Shown one piece after another: positions 8,573 through 20,828 of a stretch of 64,000 bases of DNA. A program made the translations under genes and the position numbers. The stretch is from NCBI GenBank assembly GCA_964510525.1, contig CAZECE010000141.1, positions 9,338-73,337 of the forward strand, given 5' to 3'. The notes beneath the pieces are model-generated. The model saw nothing but the letters and a program-made list of their open reading frames with translations. It was not told the origin of the DNA and ran no database searches. Origin of the DNA: an uncultured Pseudomonadales bacterium. Lineage in GTDB: Bacteria; Pseudomonadota; Gammaproteobacteria; Pseudomonadales; JANQJO01. How positions within the stretch are numbered: position 1 is the first letter of the stretch; every line of letters starts with the position of its first letter.

Positions 8573-9454
8573 ATGACCAAAGACGAATCGGAATACGTCG
8601 GTCGGTTTGCTCCTTCACCTTCAGGCCCCTTGCATTTGGGGTCTTTGTATATAGCGTTAGCCAGCTACTTAGATGCCAAAGCATCCGCCGGCCGGTGGTT
8701 GTTGCGTATTGAAGATATTGATCACTTTCGTTGCGACTCTCAGTACCATGATGTCATCTTAAGGTCACTCGAGCAGTTTGGCTTGTTGTGGGATGGGGAA
8801 GTGGCGATTCAAAGTCAGCGCCTCGATGAGTATCAGGCCGCTTTTGATCGTTTAGTAGCTGATGATCGTGTGTACTACTGTGCCTGCACTCGGAAACAAC
8901 TCAAACCTTTTTCAGGTGTTTACCCTGGTTTTTGCCGAAGCAAAGGGCTGATCAGCAGTGAAGAGACATCGGCACGGGTTCGGATTGAAAACAAGGCCAT
9001 CGGTGATGTGTTGATTCGTCGTAAAGATGGTCAGTTTGCGTATCAGTTGGTGGTGGTGGTGGATGATGCCTTGCAAGGGGTCACGCACATTATTAGGGGA
9101 AATGATTTATTAAGTTCACGGCCGGGGCAGCTTTCAATCCAGGCCTTACTGGGTTATCCAAAGCCCCAGTACCGGCATTTTCCAGTATTGGTGGATCGAA
9201 TGGGTATTAAGTTGTCAAAACAAACGGGCGCACGCTCAGTGGCAGATTTTCCGGTTCTGGCGACCCTTTGTTGGCTGCTGGAAGCGCTCGGGTTACCTGA
9301 TGTTCGGATGCGTGATTTTGATTCGGTGTCTGAGGTATTACGGTGGGCTGTTCAGCATTGGCCTGCTGTCGATAGATCGCAACTGGACTCTTTGCAGCTA
9401 AGCTCTTTGCAGGACAATTCGATTGTGGCCGATTGGCCGCCTCTTCATTCTTAA
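8573..9454 (+). CDS. gluQ: Glutamyl-queuosine tRNA(Asp) synthetase
   Basis: [20 protein letters not shown] and KLSKQ, short length with no anticodon-binding domain, conserved position after dksA. Confidence 0.93.
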   Translation: MTKDESEYVGRFAPSPSGPLHLGSLYIALASYLDAKASAGRWLLRIEDIDHFRCDSQYHDVILRSLEQFGLLWDGEVAIQSQRLDEYQAAFDRLVADDRVYYCACTRKQLKPFSGVYPGFCRSKGLISSEETSARVRIENKAIGDVLIRRKDGQFAYQLVVVVDDALQGVTHIIRGNDLLSSRPGQLSIQALLGYPKPQYRHFPVLVDRMGIKLSKQTGARSVADFPVLATLCWLLEALGLPDVRMRDFDSVSEVLRWAVQHWPAVDRSQLDSLQLSSLQDNSIVADWPPLHS

Positions 9455-11622
9455 CCCGTAATCATTCTCACCGCATGCTGCAGCTGAGAACCGAGCAGCG
9501 CTAAGTTGTGAGCGGAATCAGCTGATTCAGACGCATTCAAGCTGTTTTTTTCAGCCGATTGGGTGATTAAATCCACGTTGCTGGAAATGGCATGACCGGC
9601 TTTCATTTGAGCCTGAGTCAACTGCACAATTTCTTGGACCATATCAAAGGCGCTGTGTGCTCCTTGGTTGATTTGAGTCAGAGAATCGGCTGCTTTTTGC
9701 ATCATGCCTTCGCCTTTTTGCACCTGTTCATTACAGGCTTCCATTTTGCTGGAAACTTCTGAGGTTTCTGACAAGATCGCATTAATCATTTGGGTGATTT
9801 CAGTGGTTGATGCAGAGGTGCGCTCAGAAAGCTTTTTCACCTCATCGGCAACTACGGCAAAGCCTCTACCATGCTCCCCGGCGCGTGCGGCCTCAATAGT
9901 GGCGTTAAGGGCTAATAGATTGGTTTGTTCGGCAATGTCGCTGATGACTTTAAGAATGCCGCTGATGGAGTTTGAGCGTTCTTGCAATTGCTGCACAACC
10001 GAAGATGAGTCGACGACTAAGTTAGCAATATTCGACATTTCTTTGGCAATCTCTTGTACCAGTTGGCTGCCGTCGCTTGAGAGGGCGCTGGCTGTTTCAC
10101 TGGTTTTTTGAGTGGCTTCGGCCTGATTGGATACGTGCCCGATGTTACCAATCAGTTGCTCAACTTCGGTGGCTGTGTGGTTGGCTGAGCTGTTTTGAGC
10201 AAATGAGCTTTGTGTGACCGAGTCAGTGAGCTCAGATAGGTGTTGTGAGGCATGCGAGACATGATCGGCTACCGACAAAACAGCATCGGTTGCGGTCGCG
10301 GTTCGGTCAATAAAACTGTTGATCCAACGTGATAATTCACCGGTTTCGTCAGGTGGCATTTTATCCGCATCAATACGATTGGTCAGTGGGTCGCCGCACT
10401 CGGCAATTCTCATGAAAAAATGAGACATCTTGCCAAGACGGTCGGCAACGGGTTTTACACCCATTTGATACAGATAGGTTAAGCCACCAAAGAGCATCAC
10501 GCTGGCAAGCCCTAAAAATTCGCCTTTTGACAGATCAAAAAGATGTTCGATGAAGGCCAGTGAGACGCCAAGAGTGCCGAAACTCAAAACAGCATTTTTC
10601 ATGTACTTGTAAGTGGTGGAGCGAAACCAATACACTTCTTCCAGGTCGCCTTCGCACATCATGCCCCACTTGTCGGGTGAGTGCGGCAGTTGGAAGGTGA
10701 CGCCGGCACCAATCACTGGAATATGACGGTAATCAGAATAACCAGGATAGGTCACGAATAAGTTGCTGCCATTTTTCATGGTTTCGCGAACACCTGGATG
10801 CAGTTGCTGGGTCGCAGGGTCCGTAAACAGAATTTCAAATTCGGTGTGGCGTTTGATTTTGACCTGGCCGTAAGCGGTGTTGACACCATTCAGCAGGTTT
10901 TCACCACCGGTGAAACTGTCGTCTTCAAAACGAGAGCGTGATAACGCAATACCTGGTTGAATGCTTTTGTCAAAGTTCGACTCCACCATGAACACATAGT
11001 TGTCACCTGACTCTGGGTATACGTGGCCAGCTTCGCGTTGAATAAGGTCAGACATGACATCGTTAGGGATGCGGCCGCAAATGCAACCTGTTATGTTGGC
11101 GTTGTTATAGATGGGTTGATAAAACATCAAGGTAACGCGGTCGTGGAAATTAGAGCAGGAGCTGCCGATTTCTTCGGTGAGCTCATCCATATAAGGGCCA
11201 TGTAAAAATGGGGCTTTTAAACCCGATTGGACGGCAGCAGGATTGAGGTCAGTTTGCCCTCGGTGTTTGCCGTAACTGCTTTCAACGACTTTGCCGTTGG
11301 TATCAATGACAAAGAGCTCGGAAAACTCTTTGTTGCTTTGCACCATGTCGCTCAATAATTTTCTGATATCTTCATTTTTTTGTTCGTTGCCAGACAGTTT
11401 CTCTGCCATTTTTTCTAGAAATTGCCAACGGTATTGTGCCCACTCAATTAAAATTTTCTTGCGCGTTTCCGCGACGCCCTCAAAGGTTTGCTCTACTTGC
11501 GGGTAACGCCCTTGGTTGATAAAACACGACCAGCCCATTTTTAGTTTACCAGTGGCGCCTAACCAAGGAAGCCATGACTTTTCTTTTGGGGATAAGTTCA
11601 TTGAGGTGCTTTTGAGGGACAT
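9451..11622 (-). CDS. Methyl-accepting chemotaxis protein
   Basis: [40 protein letters not shown] signalling hairpin, with a HAMP-like segment and two TM helices before it. Confidence 0.93.
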   Translation of the reverse strand: MSLKSTSMNLSPKEKSWLPWLGATGKLKMGWSCFINQGRYPQVEQTFEGVAETRKKILIEWAQYRWQFLEKMAEKLSGNEQKNEDIRKLLSDMVQSNKEFSELFVIDTNGKVVESSYGKHRGQTDLNPAAVQSGLKAPFLHGPYMDELTEEIGSSCSNFHDRVTLMFYQPIYNNANITGCICGRIPNDVMSDLIQREAGHVYPESGDNYVFMVESNFDKSIQPGIALSRSRFEDDSFTGGENLLNGVNTAYGQVKIKRHTEFEILFTDPATQQLHPGVRETMKNGSNLFVTYPGYSDYRHIPVIGAGVTFQLPHSPDKWGMMCEGDLEEVYWFRSTTYKYMKNAVLSFGTLGVSLAFIEHLFDLSKGEFLGLASVMLFGGLTYLYQMGVKPVADRLGKMSHFFMRIAECGDPLTNRIDADKMPPDETGELSRWINSFIDRTATATDAVLSVADHVSHASQHLSELTDSVTQSSFAQNSSANHTATEVEQLIGNIGHVSNQAEATQKTSETASALSSDGSQLVQEIAKEMSNIANLVVDSSSVVQQLQERSNSISGILKVISDIAEQTNLLALNATIEAARAGEHGRGFAVVADEVKKLSERTSASTTEITQMINAILSETSEVSSKMEACNEQVQKGEGMMQKAADSLTQINQGAHSAFDMVQEIVQLTQAQMKAGHAISSNVDLITQSAEKNSLNASESADSAHNLALLGSQLQHAVRMITG

Positions 11623-11915
11623 GGTCTTACTACTCTCTCTATTGCGTTTTCCGTAATGCTAAAATAATTCTATCCAATTGGGTCTTTATCTTAGTGAGCT
11701 ATCTTCTGTGTAAGAATAGAACATAATTGTAAAATTGTGCGGCTGTTTAAGTAACGAAACAGCTAATTAAGTAAGGGGAAGTCCTTATGGGTTTGTTAGA
11801 GAGATTAGACGTGTTCTGCTAATCTACCGTGTTCTACTAGTCTATATAGAAAGTATGAAACCATTTGGCTGAAGTCTTTAGGCCGATCACTCCAATGTCA
11901 TTTTGATCTAGCATT

Positions 11916-12269
11916 ATGCAACCAGTTGGTCGTTCAAGAACGCATAAAAGACGTTACCCCAGGGTGACCTGTTCGTTTGATGGCAGGTTGACAACCACTC
12001 GTAAAGAAGTTCACAAGATCAAGGTCATCAACATCTCATTGGGGGGGGTGGCTCTGTCCGTTCCTGCTCCCCTGGAGAAGGGTGATAAAGTGCTTTTAGA
12101 GTTTCGGGCCGTTGATCATGATGAGGTGATGAAAATCAAAGCCATTGGTCGCGTGGTATTTGTTATTTTTAGGCACTCGGTTCACGAGCTGGGTATTGAG
12201 TTTCAATCCGACATTTCTGTATACGACGCTTTCATTCGCAACTATGTGAATAACCGGTTGCGGGCATAA
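11916..12269 (+). CDS. PilZ-domain c-di-GMP receptor
   Basis: RRYPR (RxxxR) and NISLGG (D/NxSxxG) motifs, ending ...LGIEF. Confidence 0.85.
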   Translation: MQPVGRSRTHKRRYPRVTCSFDGRLTTTRKEVHKIKVINISLGGVALSVPAPLEKGDKVLLEFRAVDHDEVMKIKAIGRVVFVIFRHSVHELGIEFQSDISVYDAFIRNYVNNRLRA

Positions 12270-12453
12270 GTTGCGCGCGTAATACGTGAACCCGTGAGTC
12301 ACATTTGGCTCTGTTCCGTTGATGAATGTTCTTTATACTTCTCGATCAGTTTTGTGCGGGCTAGTGTTTGCTCTCGAATGGCATTACACTGGCGCACATT
12401 CGCCATTATCACATTCGCCATTATTATTAGGGACAAAGAAGGGAGTAGGTTGC

Positions 12454-14604
12454 ATGATTTATCAAGGCAAAGCGTTGTCTGTAGGCAGTCTGGACGATGG
12501 CTTGGTTGAGCTCGTGTTTGATGCGGCAGACGAGTCCGTCAACAAATTTAACCAGGCAACTCTAAAAGAGTTGTCAGAAGCAGTCTCCGCAATTAAAAAC
12601 GCATCAGAGATAAAGGGCGTTATGATCCGCAGTGCTAAAGAAGCCTTTATTGTTGGCGCGGATATTACGGAGTTTCTGGGGTTATTTGCTGCAGACGAAG
12701 CGACCTTAATTGAGTGGGTTAGTAAAGCGAACGAAATTTTTTGTGCACTAGAAGATCTCCCATGCCCAACGGTGTGCTTGATAAACGGCTTTGCATTAGG
12801 GGGCGGTTTGGAAGTGTGTTTGGCGACTGACTATCGGATCATGGCAGAAACCGCCGAGGTTGGCTTACCAGAAGTTAAGCTGGGAATATTCCCGGGGTTT
12901 GGTGGCACCGTGCGCATGCCTCGTGTCATTGGGGTTGATAACGCCGCAGAATGGATTGCGGCAGGGGGGCAGCACAAAGCGCCTAAGGCTTTGGCTGACG
13001 GTGTTGTCGATGCGGTTGTGCCGGCTGAGCAGTTGATTGCTGTGGGTACTCAACTGTTAAAAGACATCAACGCTGGTAAATTAGATTATCAAGCTAAGCG
13101 AGCTGAAAAGCTGTCGCCGTTAAAGCTGACGCCACTGGAAAATATGATGGCGTTTCAGACCTGTACCGCGATGGTGAAACAAAAAGCAGGTAAACATTAC
13201 CCAGCGCCTGTAGCTGCAATGAAAACCATGCAAAAGCACGCTTCCATGAATCGTGATGCGGCGTTAGAGGCCGAAGCCGCAGAGTTTGCCAAGATGGCCA
13301 AAACCGAAGTGGCAAAAAATTTAGTGGGCCTTTTCTTAAGTGACCAACTGTTGAAAAAGCAGGCTTCCAAACTGACCAAGGATGTCGCGCCGATTAAAAA
13401 AGCAGGTGTGCTAGGGGCAGGTATTATGGGCGGTGGGATTGCTTACCAGTCGGCCTATAAAGGCACGCCCATTATCATGAAAGACATCAGTGAAGATTCA
13501 TTGGACTTAGGTATGGCTGAAGCGAGCAAACTGCTCAACAAGCGAGTCAGCCGAGGTCGTATGACCTCTGAAAAAATGGCGGCCGTATTGAGTAAAATTA
13601 CCCCGACCTTGAGTTACGGTGATTTTGCGCAGGTTGATGTGGTGGTTGAGGCCGTTGTTGAAAAGCAAGCGGTTAAAAAAGCGGTGCTTGCTGAAGTCGA
13701 GGATCTGGTGTCAGAGTCGGCGATTTTGGCATCTAACACATCTACGATTTCCATTACTGAATTGGCCAAGGACTTAAAACGCCCTGAGCAATTTGTGGGG
13801 ATGCACTTCTTTAACCCGGTTCATCGTATGCCCTTGGTGGAAGTCATTCGAGGTGAAAAGTCTTCTGAAGCCGCGGTTGCCGCCGTGGTCAGTTACGCCA
13901 AGGCCATGGGGAAAACGCCGATCGTCGTAAATGATTGCCCTGGGTTTTTGGTGAATCGCGTATTATTTCCTTATTTAGCGGGCTTTAACTTATTGCTGAA
14001 AGATGGCGCTGATTTCCAGCAGATCGACAAAGTGATGGAAGGCTTTGGCTGGCCAATGGGCCCGGCGTATTTATTGGATGTGGTGGGTATTGATACGGGT
14101 GTTCATGCTGCAGGTGTGTTGGCTGAAGGTTTTCCCGATCGTATGAAGCCGGATTTTAAAGATGCAACCACCGTACTGTTTGAGCAAGGCCGATTGGGGC
14201 AAAAGTCGGAGCTTGGGTTCTATCAATACACCAAGGATAAAAAAGGCAAACCGAAAAAAGTGGTCGATGAGTCGGTTTATGGCATTTTAGAGTCGCATGT
14301 TGCAGAAAAGCGCGACTTTGAGAAGCAGGACATTATTGACCGCCTAATGGTTCCAATGTGCTTGGAAACCATCCGCTGTCTTGACGAGGGCATTGTGGCG
14401 TCTCCCACGGAGGCGGACATGGCGTTGATTATGGGGCTGGGTTTCCCTCCATTTAGAGGCGGTGCATTAAAGTATGTGGATGATTACGGAGTCAAAGCCT
14501 TTGCTGAGTTGTGTGATCGCTTGAGTGAACTCGGCCCTATGTACCAGGCAACGGATTCTGTGAGAGCCATGGCTGAAAAAGGTGAAACGTTTTACAAAGC
14601 GTAA
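12454..14604 (+). CDS. fadB: Fatty acid oxidation complex subunit alpha
   Basis: Starts MIYQG after an RBS. Enoyl-CoA hydratase motifs ALGGGLE and GLPEVKLG, plus HAD-domain motifs GAGIMGGG and GMHFFNPV. Confidence 0.97.
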   Translation: MIYQGKALSVGSLDDGLVELVFDAADESVNKFNQATLKELSEAVSAIKNASEIKGVMIRSAKEAFIVGADITEFLGLFAADEATLIEWVSKANEIFCALEDLPCPTVCLINGFALGGGLEVCLATDYRIMAETAEVGLPEVKLGIFPGFGGTVRMPRVIGVDNAAEWIAAGGQHKAPKALADGVVDAVVPAEQLIAVGTQLLKDINAGKLDYQAKRAEKLSPLKLTPLENMMAFQTCTAMVKQKAGKHYPAPVAAMKTMQKHASMNRDAALEAEAAEFAKMAKTEVAKNLVGLFLSDQLLKKQASKLTKDVAPIKKAGVLGAGIMGGGIAYQSAYKGTPIIMKDISEDSLDLGMAEASKLLNKRVSRGRMTSEKMAAVLSKITPTLSYGDFAQVDVVVEAVVEKQAVKKAVLAEVEDLVSESAILASNTSTISITELAKDLKRPEQFVGMHFFNPVHRMPLVEVIRGEKSSEAAVAAVVSYAKAMGKTPIVVNDCPGFLVNRVLFPYLAGFNLLLKDGADFQQIDKVMEGFGWPMGPAYLLDVVGIDTGVHAAGVLAEGFPDRMKPDFKDATTVLFEQGRLGQKSELGFYQYTKDKKGKPKKVVDESVYGILESHVAEKRDFEKQDIIDRLMVPMCLETIRCLDEGIVASPTEADMALIMGLGFPPFRGGALKYVDDYGVKAFAELCDRLSELGPMYQATDSVRAMAEKGETFYKA

Positions 14605-14696
14605 GTTAATAATCAGCTGAAACGGCCTATTGGCCTTATGATCGAGTTTTTATACTTAGAAACCCCTCCAGTGTTTCTAAGTTATGGAGGAAATGA

Positions 14697-15872
<1,176 letters not shown>

Positions 15873-15889
15873 AGCGAGTTTATTCCATC

Positions 15890-15920
15890 AAAAAAGGGGA
15901 ACGTTTGTTCCCCTTTTTTT
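15890..15920. terminator. Bidirectional intrinsic terminator
   Basis: A-tract, GGGAAC-gttt-GTTCCC hairpin, T-tract, lying between convergent fadA and the response regulator. Confidence 0.85.
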
Positions 15921-15974
15921 AGCCATGTTTGATTTCGTGGTTTAGTTTGATTTCATGGTATTAAAAATACTGAG

Positions 15975-16952
15975 TTAAAAAATACTGATAATAAAACTCA
16001 AGATGGCGATTCCAATGGCTGAGAAGCTGATGGCTTTGTAGGTGTTGAGTGCGGCTTTCAGTTGTTCTTCGTTGTTGAGTTCAATGGTTTTCTTAGTTTC
16101 CACGGATTGTTGTTTAAGTTCTTTTGAAATGATTTTTAGGGCGGTTTCTCTGGCCACGCTTTGAGACGTTTCAATGGCTTGGTGGGTTGCGATAAAACTG
16201 GATTTTTCTTTGGCTTTTTCTAAGATGTCTTTTTCTGTGAGGGATTTACTATTCAATTCCTGTCGGATTTGGCTTTTGAAGGCCTCCATTTCATCTTGGA
16301 TCATCTGGTTGAGCTTGGAATCAAGCCCACCAGGTAGCTCTTCTAATGTTCCGGAAGGTTCTAATGATCCAGATGGTGATACGTTGTTGTTTTTTATTGC
16401 ATGGGCCAGCTTTTTTTCGATCAGATCTTGAAGCGACATTTTAACTTGTACTATTTTATTATTGAGTGCTTCTTGGAGAGAAATCGGAAGAGAATCCCAG
16501 TCTCCAATGGCGTGCTCGCTGCCGGATAATTTGTTTTTGTAGATGTTAGCGGTTTCTAAGGCTTTACCACTTTGATCTTCGCTGAGGTTAGAGAGCATTG
16601 CGCTGATGTCCGAAGCGGATGCTGGCTTTGGTAAAATACCGACCATACCGTGTTCTAAAATTTTGGGTAAGGATTCTTTATTTTCAGTGGCGCTGCACAT
16701 GATGATCGGGATTTGTGTCCAGGCCGTGTGGTCTTGAATGGTTTTCGAGGTTGTATACCCATCCATGCCGGGCATAAGGTTATCCATGAAAATAACATCC
16801 GGTAGCTGGTGCTCTGATTCCGTGAGATAAGATAAAGCGGTTTCTCCTGATTCGACGCAGTCCGTATGAATGCCTAATTTTTCTAACGTTTTTCGAAGGG
16901 AGAATCTGGCAGACCGGGAGTCGTCTACCACTAAGGCTTTTGTTATTTCCAT
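15975..16952 (-). CDS. Response regulator receiver protein with helical C-terminus and terminal TM anchor
   Basis: ALVVDDS, IFMDNLMPGMDGY, CSA and ILPKP receiver motifs; hydrophobic C-terminus AISFSAIGIAILSFIISIF. Confidence 0.8.
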   Translation of the reverse strand: MEITKALVVDDSRSARFSLRKTLEKLGIHTDCVESGETALSYLTESEHQLPDVIFMDNLMPGMDGYTTSKTIQDHTAWTQIPIIMCSATENKESLPKILEHGMVGILPKPASASDISAMLSNLSEDQSGKALETANIYKNKLSGSEHAIGDWDSLPISLQEALNNKIVQVKMSLQDLIEKKLAHAIKNNNVSPSGSLEPSGTLEELPGGLDSKLNQMIQDEMEAFKSQIRQELNSKSLTEKDILEKAKEKSSFIATHQAIETSQSVARETALKIISKELKQQSVETKKTIELNNEEQLKAALNTYKAISFSAIGIAILSFIISIF

Positions 16953-17057
16953 TGAACCCTCGTTTTGAAAGCGTCTAAGACTGTGCGTGAATTTATAACA
17001 CGCGAGATTATACCCTAAGAGTGTATTCAGAGTGTATCAATCTGTTTTAGTTGACTA

Positions 17058-17105
17058 TCAACTTGGGGGTATTGAAGTGTCAACTTGAGTGTATTGAAGT
17101 GTCAA
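17058..17105. repeat. 22-bp tandem duplication
   Basis: tcaacttgggggtattgaagtg / tcaacttgagtgtattgaagtg / tcaa. Confidence 0.85.
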
Positions 17106-17998
17106 ACGGGGTTTTTTAGGCTGTCAAAAGAAGCACTGATCAATACGACCAGTCCAGACAGCCCTAAAACTTGAGCGATTAGGCTTATATTCGGCAGCCG
17201 AACGTCAAAGGTCGTTGCTAACAGGGTAAATATCAACACGATGGGGGCAGCTAGCATAAATATTTCGAAACAGATGTCTTTGTAAGCTAGGAGGTGTTTG
17301 AACGCTGAAAAGCGTTGTTTGGAAGATGATTTTTTGGGGCTGGGCGCATCAGACGAGGAGCGGGGTGATGATAGTCTCTTTTGTTTAGTTTGGCTGTTAC
17401 GTTTGGTTTGGCTGTGACGCTCGGCAGGAAAAGAGGGTTGCGGGGATTCGGATGTGATCATCTTTGCTTTCCTGGTAGGGTGTTTCAGGACTTGAGCAAT
17501 AAACGCGCTGTAGCCTAGTTCGACAAACTTTTGATGTTTGGCGCTGTTTAATGGGTGTACCGAAATCAGGTCAAACTGCTCATGACCCAATTTAAGGCTT
17601 TTGGGTAATGCTGAAAACGTATCTTTTATCTCTGAAAAAAGAACGGAATGAAAGGTGGCATTTTGTTTGTTTTTTGATTTGAATTTTTTTAGTTTTCCGA
17701 CGGCAATCGAATCATTCACCTCACTTTCAGCGCTTAAAGTGCCTAACAGTTTTGCGGTTGCTTTGGGATTATGTTCGCAGCGTGCAATAAAGATTTTTCT
17801 GGATAATATTGGGAGACTGACAATCAGGCTTTGGTGGCCTTGGGGGTTCTTAAAAATCAAAATCGTATAATGCTCAGATACGGATTTGGGAATGGCGATG
17901 CTGATGATTTCTGGGCGTGACGAGAACTCACTGGAGAGCGTTTTAGAAAGCCATTTAGTCAATTTCAGGTGAGTGGGAGTAGGTTTTGGTCGTTGCAT
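17102..17998 (-). CDS. Hypothetical membrane-anchored protein (weakly SUFU-like N-terminal domain)
   Basis: 298-aa ORF with a basic low-complexity linker and two C-terminal TM helices. The SUFU resemblance (FDLISVHPL...ELGYSAF) is weak. Confidence 0.5.
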   Translation of the reverse strand: MQRPKPTPTHLKLTKWLSKTLSSEFSSRPEIISIAIPKSVSEHYTILIFKNPQGHQSLIVSLPILSRKIFIARCEHNPKATAKLLGTLSAESEVNDSIAVGKLKKFKSKNKQNATFHSVLFSEIKDTFSALPKSLKLGHEQFDLISVHPLNSAKHQKFVELGYSAFIAQVLKHPTRKAKMITSESPQPSFPAERHSQTKRNSQTKQKRLSSPRSSSDAPSPKKSSSKQRFSAFKHLLAYKDICFEIFMLAAPIVLIFTLLATTFDVRLPNISLIAQVLGLSGLVVLISASFDSLKNPV

Positions 17999-18162
17999 CT
18001 AATGTTCCAGTCTGGCCAGCTCAGTCAGAGTCTGTTTCCGATTGAGCAGGGTTAAGTTTCAAATTCAGCAGTATTAAGATAGCGAACTTTGAACGCTTAT
18101 AGGATGATTAAACCGTGAAGAATTGTACTATTTGTATCAATTTATATGTCAATCAGTACGGA

Positions 18163-18600
18163 TTAGGCGCATATGTCTTTTAACTGGCCTTTCGTAATGG
18201 AAATTTCAAAGTCGGCATAGCCGTGCTCGGTGGGGATGAGATCGGGGAGCTGAATCCTAACCGATTGATTTTTCTTTAAATGATACAAGGCCTTAACGGC
18301 AGCACCTTGGACTCTGTTTTTTGTGATGGCGCTGATCGGTCCTGAACTATTGGCTTGCTGGGAGACTTGAATGACTAACCAGGCTGTAAACTTTTGTAAC
18401 TGTTTTTGTTCGCTTTGCTGTTGGGTTTGATGGTTACCCGGGGCGAGCAGCGTATTAGATAAGAAGGGGCCGAGCACGGTGATGGCCAGTAGCAGCCCTA
18501 ATAGTGTTGCGATGGTCAGAAGCGTTTCTAAAAACATGACGTGGTTGGCTTGGTTGAATATTGTCCTTTTTGTTGAGTCGCTATACTTTACCACATCCAT
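18163..18600 (-). CDS. Hypothetical single-TM protein
   Basis: 145-aa ORF with one hydrophobic helix and a Gln-rich segment; divergent from the diguanylate cyclase gene. Confidence 0.5.
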   Translation of the reverse strand: MDVVKYSDSTKRTIFNQANHVMFLETLLTIATLLGLLLAITVLGPFLSNTLLAPGNHQTQQQSEQKQLQKFTAWLVIQVSQQANSSGPISAITKNRVQGAAVKALYHLKKNQSVRIQLPDLIPTEHGYADFEISITKGQLKDICA

Positions 18601-18705
18601 GCGTTATCGTAACGAATGGCTTAATAAGGCCTAATAAGCGGATCAGCTCGTATAGTCAGTTTGCTAGTCAGTTTCATAATACTCAGTTTGTAGAATTCTT
18701 AGTTT

Positions 18706-19755
18706 GTGTACAGGATCAGTGAGGTATTGGAGAACATGGAAAGTGGAGTAGGGCAGCCAATCAAGTGTTTAGTGATCTGTACGGATCCAGAGCACAGCCA
18801 ATCCTTGATAGAGAATCTGGAAAAAATGAGCCTCTATCGTGCTACTGTTCAGCCGGCAAGTTCATTGGAAATTGCTGAAAAGTACATTGCGGATCAGCTG
18901 TTCGATCTGATCTTTTTAGATTTGACGACCCATACCTTAACCGAAACCTCAGAGATTGATGTTAAGCCTATCGATTTGTTGTCGCAGCAAGCACCTGGTG
19001 TGCCTTTAGTCGGCTTGTTGCAAGCGGAACAACAAACCCAATACTCAAAAGTCGTGGCCAGGGGCTTGCTGGACTATTTGGTTGTGCCCAACTGGGAAGT
19101 CGGTCTTTTAGAAAGAGTGGTTCGGTACGCACTGACGTCCAAAAAGACTACGGAACAAATATTTCGCCTGCTGCATTTTGATGAGCTGACAGGGTTATCT
19201 AACCGACCGTTATGCAATGATCGTATTTCTCAAGCCATTATTCGTTGTGAGCGCAGTGGTCAGCATGTGGCGGTGTTGTTTATCGATTTGGATAATTTCC
19301 ACGGAATCAACGAAGCCTTGGGGTATAACGTCGGTGATTACCTCCTAAAGCAAATTGCTCAGCGCTTGATTGGGTCGGTACGGCGGCAAGATACCGTGGC
19401 CCGTTTTGGTGGTGATGAATTCGTGGTGGTATTGGAAGGGTTGAGTAATCCGCAGCACACGACGGTGATTGCTAAGCAGATTTTGCGTAATTTTTCGGAA
19501 CCCTTTTTCTATGACAATCAACCCATCTTTATTTCAACCAGTATTGGTATTTCCGTTACGGATACAGATTTAATGGATGGCCAAACATTATTAAAGCAGT
19601 CGGATATTGCACGTTATCGTGCCAAAGAAAATGGCGGTAATAATTTCCAATATTTCGTTCCTGCCATGAATGAGATTGCTCAGAAAAATTTAAACTTAGA
19701 GATTGAGCTGAATCAAGCCTTGAACCGTATTTTTGGTCAAAACTCAAAAGACTAA
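18706..19755 (+). CDS. Receiver-GGDEF diguanylate cyclase
   Basis: DELTGLSNR, FIDLDNF and RRQD I-site five residues before GGDEF. Degenerate N-terminal receiver domain. The start may be ATG 18736. Confidence 0.88.
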   Translation: MYRISEVLENMESGVGQPIKCLVICTDPEHSQSLIENLEKMSLYRATVQPASSLEIAEKYIADQLFDLIFLDLTTHTLTETSEIDVKPIDLLSQQAPGVPLVGLLQAEQQTQYSKVVARGLLDYLVVPNWEVGLLERVVRYALTSKKTTEQIFRLLHFDELTGLSNRPLCNDRISQAIIRCERSGQHVAVLFIDLDNFHGINEALGYNVGDYLLKQIAQRLIGSVRRQDTVARFGGDEFVVVLEGLSNPQHTTVIAKQILRNFSEPFFYDNQPIFISTSIGISVTDTDLMDGQTLLKQSDIARYRAKENGGNNFQYFVPAMNEIAQKNLNLEIELNQALNRIFGQNSKD

Positions 19756-19791
19756 AACTCGTAAGACTCAAGAGGTTATGAGCGCTTAGTT

Positions 19792-20115
19792 TTAAAAGCA
19801 CTGCTTGGGTTTGGGTAGGCCAGCCATTTTGCAGGCAATCGGCGCGGGTTTTCCAGAAAAAAGTTGCATCAAGTAAGGGCTGTTGCCTTTTTGGGGACCC
19901 AGTTGAGTTTTCACCAGTTTTACCAGCGCTCGGGTGTTAGGGCTGATGTGCGTGACTTCGTAAGTACTTCTGAGCAGTTGGATCACTTCCCAGTGCGCTT
20001 CGCCAAGTTGAATGTGGTTTTCTTGTGCTACGAGCATCGCAAAATCAGGGTGCCAGTCGTTAAATTCCCGTAAATACCCTTCATCTGAAGTGGGTGGGTT
20101 ATAAGGTGATGACAT
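19792..20115 (-). CDS. tusE: TusE/DsrC-family sulfur relay protein
   Basis: DEGYL, HWEVI, KGNSPYLMQLF and C-terminal ACKMAGLPKPKQCF. ATG 20115 preferred. Confidence 0.88.
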   Translation of the reverse strand: MSSPYNPPTSDEGYLREFNDWHPDFAMLVAQENHIQLGEAHWEVIQLLRSTYEVTHISPNTRALVKLVKTQLGPQKGNSPYLMQLFSGKPAPIACKMAGLPKPKQCF

Positions 20116-20770
20116 AGTCAGCCGGTTTAAGTAGCTCGATCGCATCTGCATCGGATTGAATAAAACTCATTTGGCCAGCGCCATAGCTGTGGAGGGTGTT
20201 GAGCGCGGATTTGAACTCTGGACTGTGTTGGCTGCTATCCTCGCCTCGTTTGCGAAACAAGACATGAACCTCTTGATCAAAACAGCTCAGAGCCAATGCC
20301 ATATTGGTTAAATAGTGCAGATTCTTTTCATCAGATTGAGAGGATTCAATCAAAGCAAAACGTGCTTTTGAAGGCGGCCTGGCTTTTTCAAATCCTGTCG
20401 CTTCGGGGCGCGTTAATTCCCTGGGTGTTTTATGTTGTCCGAAGTGAATCATTTGATCGGAATCAAGCGTTGCTCGAATCCATTCGCCAAGGCCGGCGAT
20501 TTCATAATGAGGGTTGGGGCATGAGCCGTCGCTGAGTAAATGGATATTCTGTTGAGCGACTGACCCAGAGCAGAGACACAGTTTTTCAGCCAGCTCTGTC
20601 CAGGCTCTTTGATGCTTTTGATGCAGATCTTGAAGAATGTCGACGCCTTCGCCATAAAAAAATACCATGCCTAAGGCGTCACCGAGTTCATCGCGATGTC
20701 GGGCGTAATCTACGGCATATTGGTGCTGTTTGTTATCGGGGCTGCAGCTAATCAGTAGGGTGTAATGCAT
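20099..20770 (-). CDS. TusD(DsrE)-TusC(DsrF)-like fusion protein
   Basis: N-half: VFFYGEGV, LCLCSGS, AGLGEWI...SDQMIHF (TusD-like). C-half: LALSCFDQEVHVLF...ADYVITL (TusC-like). Confidence 0.7.
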   Translation of the reverse strand: MHYTLLISCSPDNKQHQYAVDYARHRDELGDALGMVFFYGEGVDILQDLHQKHQRAWTELAEKLCLCSGSVAQQNIHLLSDGSCPNPHYEIAGLGEWIRATLDSDQMIHFGQHKTPRELTRPEATGFEKARPPSKARFALIESSQSDEKNLHYLTNMALALSCFDQEVHVLFRKRGEDSSQHSPEFKSALNTLHSYGAGQMSFIQSDADAIELLKPADYVITL

Positions 20771-20828
20771 GAAAATAAAATGGGGGAGTCAATAAGGCTC
20801 CCCCAAAGATTATCAATAGTGAGATATA

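Noticed and set aside
12319-12453. N-terminal extension of FadB in the ORF track
   Set aside because: The RBS and family consensus support MIYQG at 12454. The upstream part is intergenic and contains a 15-bp duplication.
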